NCBI RefSeq assembly: GCF_004343195.1
Contig: NZ_SMCR01000008.1
Span: forward strand, 99,353 to 131,352
From: Biostraticola tofi
Lineage (GTDB): Bacteria > Pseudomonadota > Gammaproteobacteria > Enterobacterales > Enterobacteriaceae
Length of the DNA: 32,000 nt
Reading direction: 5' to 3'
In this document: in pieces, positions 26,212 through 32,000 of the stretch
Position numbering within the stretch: the first letter of the stretch is position 1
Layout of the letters: each line of letters opens with the position of its first letter
Made by a program: the position numbers and the translations under genes
Notes under the pieces: model-generated
What the model saw: the letters and a program-made list of their open reading frames with translations, nothing else
Databases searched by the model: none
Told to the model about the DNA's origin: nothing

Positions 26212-27342
26212 TCAGGCCAGATACCGTTTTACAGCGTCTATCACCCTGGTCTGCTGGGCATCGGTCATATTGTAAAACAGCGGCAGTCGCACCAGACGGG
26301 CGCTCTCGGCGCTGGTATAGGTATCCTGGCCGTGGAAACGGCCAAAGCGCTGTCCGGCCGGGCAGTCATGCAGCGGAATATAATGGAATACCGTCAGGAT
26401 ATCGGCGTCCTTCATATGATTGATAAAGGCACTGCGATCATCCAGGTCACGGAGCTTGAGATAAAACATATGGGCATTCTGCACGCAGTCCGCCGGTATC
26501 CGGGGCAATGCCAGCCGCCCCTCTTCCTCACCGTACGTCAGGGCATCCCGGTAGCGATGCCATAGACTCAGGCGGCGCTGGTTGATAAGCTGGGCCGCTG
26601 CAAGCTGGCCCCAGAGATAGGCGGCCTGCAGGTCGGCCATCAGATAACTGGAACCGATATCGCGCCAGGTATATTTATCGACCTGACCGCGGAAAAACTG
26701 GCTGCGGTTGGTGCCCTTTTCACGAATAATCTCGGCCCGATCAATCAGTGCAGGGTGGTTAATCAGCGTCGCACCGCCTTCTCCGCCGGCGGTATAGTTT
26801 TTAGTTTCATGAAAACTGTAGCAGCCGATATGGCCAATGGTGCCGAGCGCCCGGCCTTTATAAGTTGACATAACGCCCTGGGCGGCATCTTCCACAACCA
26901 TCAAATCGTATTTTTTCGCCAGCGCCATGATGTGGTCCATCTCGCAAGCGACACCGGCATAATGCACCGGTACGATGGCCCGGGTCTGCGGCGTTATCGC
27001 CGCCTCAATCAGCGTTTCGTCGATATTCATCGTGTCGGGACGGATATCGACAAACACGATGGTGGCGCCGCGCAGCACAAAGGCGTTGGCGGTCGATACA
27101 AAGGTATAGCTGGGCATGATCACTTCATCACCCGGCTGGATATCCAGCAAGATGGCCGCCATCTCGAGAGAGGCGGTGCAGGAGGGGGTCAGCAACACTC
27201 TGGCGCTGCCGAATTGGCTTTCCATCCACTGCTGGCAGCGATGGGTAAAGCTGCCGTCGCCGCACAGTTTGCCGCTGCCCATCGCGGTCTGCATAAACCC
27301 AAGTTCGGTTCCCACCACCGGTGGCGCGTTAAATGGAATCAT
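26212..27342 (-). CDS. wecE: dTDP-4-amino-4,6-dideoxygalactose transaminase
   Basis: From ATG 27342: [30 protein letters not shown]..., SFHETKNYTAGGEGGA (PLP Lys motif), FYLKLRD. Matches E. coli WecE (RffA). The ORF-track start at 27426 is a 28-codon over-extension. Confidence 0.95.
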   Translation of the reverse strand: MIPFNAPPVVGTELGFMQTAMGSGKLCGDGSFTHRCQQWMESQFGSARVLLTPSCTASLEMAAILLDIQPGDEVIMPSYTFVSTANAFVLRGATIVFVDIRPDTMNIDETLIEAAITPQTRAIVPVHYAGVACEMDHIMALAKKYDLMVVEDAAQGVMSTYKGRALGTIGHIGCYSFHETKNYTAGGEGGATLINHPALIDRAEIIREKGTNRSQFFRGQVDKYTWRDIGSSYLMADLQAAYLWGQLAAAQLINQRRLSLWHRYRDALTYGEEEGRLALPRIPADCVQNAHMFYLKLRDLDDRSAFINHMKDADILTVFHYIPLHDCPAGQRFGRFHGQDTYTSAESARLVRLPLFYNMTDAQQTRVIDAVKRYLA

Positions 27343-28051
27343 TTTTTCCCCTGTAAAGCCAATAGGCTGTGCTGTCGATAGTCGCCCCGCTGGCGATATA
27401 AAGCCGCAGCGCGGCGATATTGCCATTTTGGGTGGCTACCCGTAAAACCGATTTTCGCTGTTGCAGACACCAGCCAACGGCGGCGGCCATTAATGCTCGC
27501 CCTATCCCGCGTCCGGCAAAGGTTGCATCAACTGCCAGCAGTCCGATACGCACCTCGCCGTTGCCGATATCGCGCAGCGTTACCATCCCCTGCACCGCAT
27601 CCAGGCTGCCGATAACCAGGCAGCAGTGATCGAAACTGCCCACAATGGCGTTCTCGGCCCAAGTGCCGTAAAAAAGCCGGCGCTTTATCGGGTCGAACCA
27701 GGGCGCACGGAAACGACTTAGGGTGAACGCGCGCTCAGCCAGTGCGCGCACGGCAACCATATCGGCCGGCCCTGCCAGCCTGACGTTGGCCAGCGCGGCT
27801 TCTGCCGGAACGTCGGCACGCACTGACAGACGCAAGTCGATCTCGCCGTCCACCAGCCTGAAACCTGCCGCCGTCAGCGCATCAAGCTGGGCGCTGTCGT
27901 CAGAGGTCACTTTGGCCTGCACCACCTGCCAGGCGTCAAGCGCAGCGGGCGTCAGCGCGGCGGCGGCGGTGTCGAATACCACTTTGCCGCAGGACAGTCC
28001 GAAGAATGCGCTCTCCCAGTCAAGGGGCTCAATATTGGCGTGGACGGGCAT
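27329..28051 (-). CDS. wecD: dTDP-fucosamine acetyltransferase (GNAT)
   Basis: 240 aa. [18 protein letters not shown]..., [38 protein letters not shown] match E. coli WecD (RffC). Confidence 0.92.
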   Translation of the reverse strand: MPVHANIEPLDWESAFFGLSCGKVVFDTAAAALTPAALDAWQVVQAKVTSDDSAQLDALTAAGFRLVDGEIDLRLSVRADVPAEAALANVRLAGPADMVAVRALAERAFTLSRFRAPWFDPIKRRLFYGTWAENAIVGSFDHCCLVIGSLDAVQGMVTLRDIGNGEVRIGLLAVDATFAGRGIGRALMAAAVGWCLQQRKSVLRVATQNGNIAALRLYIASGATIDSTAYWLYRGKNDSI

Positions 28052-28910
28052 GGAGCAGATTTACCAAATATTGGCCGTAACCGGTTTTAGCCAAGGCGTT
28101 GGCCGCCCGCATCACGCCTTCATCATCCAGCCAGCCGTTACGCCAGCCGATTTCTTCCAGGCAGGCTATTTTAAAGCCCTGGCGCTTTTCGACCGTCTGG
28201 ACGAAGGTGCTGGCTTCGATCAGGCTGTCGTGGGTGCCGGTATCCAGCCAGGCGAATCCGCGGCCCAGCAGCTCGACCGACAGCTGGCCGCGATCCAGGT
28301 ACATCTGATTGATCGAGGTGATCTCAAGTTCTCCCCGCGAGGAGGGTTTGACCTGCCTGGCGAACTCGACTACCTGGCTGTCGTAAAAATACAGCCCGGT
28401 GACGGCCCAGTTCGACAGCGGTTTGGCCGGTTTTTCCTCCAGCGACAGCGCTTTGAAATCATCATCAAACTCAACCACGCCGAAACGCTCCGGGTCCATT
28501 ACCTGATAGCCGAATATCGTCGCGCCGTGAACCCGGGCAGCCACCTGTTTGAGTTTCGGGCTGAAGCCCTGGCCAAAGTAGATGTTATCGCCCAGCACTA
28601 GGCAGCAGGGCTCGCCGCCGATAAACGCCTCGCCGATAAGGAACGCCTGGGCCAGCCCATCGGGACTGGGCTGACAGGCGTAAGTCAACCGAATGCCGAA
28701 CTCGTCGCCATTGCCCAGCAGGCGCTGGAAAAACGGCAGGTCATCAGGGGTGGTGATAATGAGAATATCGCGGATCCCCGCCAGCATCAGCACTGATAAC
28801 GGGTAATAGATCATCGGCTTATCATAAATAGGCAACAGCTGCTTGGATACGCCGCGGGTAATGGGATGCAAACGGGTGCCTGAGCCGCCCGCCAGAACGA
28901 TGCCTTTCAT
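28029..28910 (-). CDS. rffH: Glucose-1-phosphate thymidylyltransferase
   Basis: From ATG 28910: [47 protein letters not shown]..., near-identical to E. coli RffH. AGGAGA Shine-Dalgarno upstream. The ORF-track start at 28940 is over-extended. Confidence 0.96.
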   Translation of the reverse strand: MKGIVLAGGSGTRLHPITRGVSKQLLPIYDKPMIYYPLSVLMLAGIRDILIITTPDDLPFFQRLLGNGDEFGIRLTYACQPSPDGLAQAFLIGEAFIGGEPCCLVLGDNIYFGQGFSPKLKQVAARVHGATIFGYQVMDPERFGVVEFDDDFKALSLEEKPAKPLSNWAVTGLYFYDSQVVEFARQVKPSSRGELEITSINQMYLDRGQLSVELLGRGFAWLDTGTHDSLIEASTFVQTVEKRQGFKIACLEEIGWRNGWLDDEGVMRAANALAKTGYGQYLVNLLHARPRQY

Positions 28911-28982
28911 ACGCTCTCCTGCCGTCATGGAATGACGCATGGATAAATTATCGGAAATAGGCCAGCATGACCTGCTCCAGGC

Positions 28983-30053
28983 TCAGCGAGTCAGTCCCAG
29001 GCGTTCGCCGGCATAACTGCCGTCCTTGACCCTTTGCCACCAGGTCTGGTTCGCCAGATACCAGTCTATGGTCTTTTTCATGCCCGACTCAAAGGTTTCC
29101 TGCGGCCGCCAGTCCAGCTCACGCTCAATCTTGCTGGCATCTATGGCATAGCGCAGGTCATGGCCAGGTCGGTCTTCGACATGGGTAATCAGGTCGCGGA
29201 AATAGGCTACGCCGTCAGGCTTGGCGGCCCCCGCCTGCTCCAGCAGTTCACAAAGGGTATTGACCACCTCGATATTGCGGCGCTCGTTATGGCCGCCGAT
29301 AGTGTAGGTCTCTCCTACCCGGCCCCGCGTCACGACCTGATAAAGGGCCTGGGCGTGATCTTCCACATACAGCCAGTCCCTGATTTGCGAACCGTCGCCA
29401 TACACCGGCAGCGGTTTGCCCGCCAGCGCATTCAGGATCATCAGCGGAATCAGCTTTTCCGGGAAATGATAAGGGCCATAGTTGTTTGAGCAATTGGTGA
29501 TGATCGTCGGCAGGCCATAGGTGCGATGCCAGGCTCTGACCAGGTGATCACTGGCCGCCTTGGAAGCCGAATAGGGACTGCTTGGGGCATAGGCGGTGGT
29601 TTCAGTGAAGAAATCGTTCGGGTTCTCCAGGTCGCCATAGACTTCGTCAGTGGAAATATGATGGAAACGGAATGCGGCTTTTGCCTCAGCGGCCAGCGGC
29701 TGCCAGTAGTGGCGGACCGCTTCCAGCAGTTGGAAAGTGCCGTTGATATTGGTGGTGATAAAATTGGCCGGGCCATCAATAGAGCGATCCACATGGGTTT
29801 CCGCCGCCAGATGCATTACCGCATCCGGCTGGAAACGCCGCAGAACATCGTCGATTGCCTGGCGGTCGCCAATATCGTGGCGGGCGAACGCATAACGCGG
29901 GCTTTGTGCTACCGGCGCCAGTGAATCCAGGTTGCCGGCATAAGTCAGTTTATCGACCACCAACACCTGTGCATCGGTGGTATTTACCAGATGGCGCACC
30001 ACGGCCGAGCCGATAAAACCGGCTCCGCCAGTGACCAGGATCCGGCGACTCAC
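28983..30053 (-). CDS. rffG: dTDP-glucose 4,6-dehydratase
   Basis: From GTG 30053: (M)[20 protein letters not shown]..., [15 protein letters not shown], and [10 protein letters not shown] match E. coli RffG. AAGGAG sits 7 nt upstream, and GTGA overlaps the wecC stop. The ORF-track ATG 30083 lies inside wecC. Confidence 0.95.
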   Translation of the reverse strand: MSRRILVTGGAGFIGSAVVRHLVNTTDAQVLVVDKLTYAGNLDSLAPVAQSPRYAFARHDIGDRQAIDDVLRRFQPDAVMHLAAETHVDRSIDGPANFITTNINGTFQLLEAVRHYWQPLAAEAKAAFRFHHISTDEVYGDLENPNDFFTETTAYAPSSPYSASKAASDHLVRAWHRTYGLPTIITNCSNNYGPYHFPEKLIPLMILNALAGKPLPVYGDGSQIRDWLYVEDHAQALYQVVTRGRVGETYTIGGHNERRNIEVVNTLCELLEQAGAAKPDGVAYFRDLITHVEDRPGHDLRYAIDASKIERELDWRPQETFESGMKKTIDWYLANQTWWQRVKDGSYAGERLGLTR

Positions 30054-31312
30054 CGCCAGACTCCTTTGGTGTCCACCAGCCATTGCTGGGTAATCTCTGC
30101 GGCAGGGATGGCCTTGAACTGACGGTGATCGACCAGCATCACCAGCACATCGGCGGTGTCCAGAGCCTGTTCCAGGCTGGCCAGCGTCACGTTGTCCGCC
30201 AGGAAAGCGGGCAATGACTGTACGTTTGGCTCGACGGCCAGCGTACTGCCGCCGTGCCAGTCGGCGATGAGCCGGGTAACCAGCACCGCTGGGCTCTCGC
30301 GCAAATCATCGATATCCGGCTTGAACGCCAGGCCGAAGCAGGCAATCACCAGCTCGCTGGCGCGTTTATCGGTAGTGGACAGGCAATCCGCTACTGCGGC
30401 CTTTACCCGGTCTACCACCCAAAGAGGTTTATCATCGTTGACCACCCGTGCGGTACGGATAAGACGCGCCTGTTGCGGATTCTGGGCGACGATGAACCAG
30501 GGATCAACGGCGATGCAGTGCCCGCCGACGCCCGGCCCGGGCTGAAGGATATTGACCCGCGGGTGGCGATTGGACAGGGCAATCAATTCCCATACGTTAA
30601 TGCCTTGCTCGGCGCAAATGACCGACAGTTCATTAGCGAAAGCGATATTCACGTCACGGAAACTGTTTTCGGTCAGCTTGCACATTTCGGCAGTGCGCGA
30701 ATTGGTGGTGACGCACTCCCCTTCCAGGAAAATCCGGTATAGCTCGCTGGCACGCGCTGAACAACGCGGCGTCATGCCGCCGATCACCCGATCGTTCTGA
30801 AACAGTTCGACCATGATTCTGCCCGGCAGCACCCGTTCCGGACAGTAGGCGATATTGATATCGGCCTGCTCGCCCGCCGCCTGCGGAAAACGCAGATCCG
30901 GACGGGCTTCGGCCAGCCACGCCGCCATCTGTTCGGTGGTGCCGACCGGAGACGTAGACTCCAGGATCACCAAATCGCCTTTTTTCAATACCGGAGCTAT
31001 CGACAGGGCCGCAGATTGTACATAGGCCAGGTCCGGCTGATGCTGTTCGCGAAAGGGCGTGGGTACCGCAATCAGGAAGGCATCCGCCGTTTGCGGACGA
31101 GTGGCGGCGCGCAGGTAACCCTGTTCGACCGCCTGCCTGACCACCTGGTCCAGATCGGGTTCGACGATATGGATCGCCCCGCGATTGATGGTATCGACGG
31201 CATGCTGGTTAACATCCACGCCAATGACCTGAGTCTGGCGCGAGGCGAAGGCCGCGGCGGTCGGCAGACCGATATATCCCAGTCCGACGACTGAAATAAC
31301 GTTGAAACTCAT
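30050..31312 (-). CDS. wecC: UDP-N-acetyl-D-mannosamine dehydrogenase
   Basis: 420 aa. [26 protein letters not shown]..., [26 protein letters not shown] and [16 protein letters not shown] match E. coli WecC. Confidence 0.97.
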   Translation of the reverse strand: MSFNVISVVGLGYIGLPTAAAFASRQTQVIGVDVNQHAVDTINRGAIHIVEPDLDQVVRQAVEQGYLRAATRPQTADAFLIAVPTPFREQHQPDLAYVQSAALSIAPVLKKGDLVILESTSPVGTTEQMAAWLAEARPDLRFPQAAGEQADINIAYCPERVLPGRIMVELFQNDRVIGGMTPRCSARASELYRIFLEGECVTTNSRTAEMCKLTENSFRDVNIAFANELSVICAEQGINVWELIALSNRHPRVNILQPGPGVGGHCIAVDPWFIVAQNPQQARLIRTARVVNDDKPLWVVDRVKAAVADCLSTTDKRASELVIACFGLAFKPDIDDLRESPAVLVTRLIADWHGGSTLAVEPNVQSLPAFLADNVTLASLEQALDTADVLVMLVDHRQFKAIPAAEITQQWLVDTKGVWR

Positions 31313-32000
31313 ACATTCACCTGATGATTTTTTAAAACGTCAATAATGTGCTGGCAGGTCCGGCCCTCGCCATAAGGATTATGCGCCCGGCTCATCGCCA
31401 GATACTCATCAGCGTCGGAAAGCAGCCTGGAGACCGCCGACTGAATAGACGCGGTGTCGGTACCGACCAGTCTTACCGTACCGGCGGCGACGGCTTCCGG
31501 ACGCTCGGTGGTTTCCCGCATCACCAGTACCGGCTTGCCGAGAGAAGGCGCTTCTTCCTGGATACCGCCGGAATCGGTCAGGATCATATAAGACCGATTC
31601 ATCAGATAGACAAACGGCAGGTAATCCTGGGGATCAATCAGCCTGATATTCGGCACGCCGCTCAGGATGCGGTTGACCGGCTCGCTGACGTTGGGGTTCA
31701 GATGTACCGGATAAACGATCTGGACATCGGGATGATGACGGGCGATATGCGCCAGTGCACTGCAGATGCGCTCGAATCCATCACCAAAACTTTCACGGCG
31801 GTGGCCGGTAACCAGAATCAGCTTTTTCTGCGGATCCAGGAAAGCATAGCGTTGCTCGAGGGTTGCCCGCAATGCGGCGTCATTCATTACGCGATCTCGC
31901 ACCCAGAACAGTGCGTCGATAACCGTATTGCCGGTGACGAATATCCGCTCCGGCTTCAGTCCCTCGGCCAGCAGATTGCTGCGTGAAGTATCGGTGGGTG
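31309..32000 (-). CDS. wecB: UDP-N-acetylglucosamine 2-epimerase, C-terminal approximately 230 codons (N-terminus beyond the right edge)
   Basis: The reverse frame is open to the window edge: ...[35 protein letters not shown]...[11 protein letters not shown]...[10 protein letters not shown]...[22 protein letters not shown]... This matches E. coli WecB. ATGA overlap with wecC. Confidence 0.95.
   Translation of the reverse strand, partial: PTDTSRSNLLAEGLKPERIFVTGNTVIDALFWVRDRVMNDAALRATLEQRYAFLDPQKKLILVTGHRRESFGDGFERICSALAHIARHHPDVQIVYPVHLNPNVSEPVNRILSGVPNIRLIDPQDYLPFVYLMNRSYMILTDSGGIQEEAPSLGKPVLVMRETTERPEAVAAGTVRLVGTDTASIQSAVSRLLSDADEYLAMSRAHNPYGEGRTCQHIIDVLKNHQVNV

Noticed and set aside
28941-28982. 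Small dyad CGTCAT-tcc-ATGACG (minus strand) in the rffG-rffH spacer as a regulatory element
   Set aside because: It is a 6-bp stem in a 72-nt intra-operon spacer, with no supporting context. It is likely incidental.

Overview
This is a GC-rich Enterobacterales chromosomal segment. The evidence is an ECA/wec cluster, a tRNA-Pro identical to my recollection of E. coli proM, and cyaA starting with TTG. I cannot determine the species by eye.

Layout:
- 1-5039: cyaA N-terminus (-) and hemC-hemD-hemX-hemY (+).
- 5040-20919: about 16 kb of non-core DNA.
- 21106-21566: the proM-leuT-hisR-argX tRNA operon (-).
- 21750-32000: the ECA operon wecG-wzyE-wecF-wzxE-wecE-wecD-rffH-rffG-wecC-wecB (-), running off the right edge.

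This matches the E. coli K-12 rho-to-cyaA neighbourhood as I recall it. The differences are that aslA/aslB (hemY to proM) are replaced and yifK (argX to wecG) is absent.

The non-core block contains:
1. A 4-copy minisatellite that begins inside the hemY stop codon.
2. An orphan SMC/ABC-type P-loop ATPase.
3. A translationally coupled pair of signal-peptide proteins with no function I can assign.
4. A LysR regulator divergent from an apparent 8-gene operon. The operon encodes a class-B-flavoprotein-like oxidoreductase carrying an 8.5-copy in-frame 18-bp repeat, a DsbA/HCCA-isomerase-like protein, an M19 dipeptidase homologue lacking 3 of 5 canonical metal ligands, a PotABCD-type importer and a type-B carboxylesterase.
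5. An AT-rich islet with a KdgM-family porin.

I saw no integrase, transposase, CRISPR array, or recognisable phage or defence nuclease gene. The best candidates for undescribed biology are the LysR-controlled uptake/catabolic operon and the ATPase plus secreted-protein module. Neither can be assigned a function from sequence alone. Several ORF-track starts are over-extended and are corrected in the feature list.
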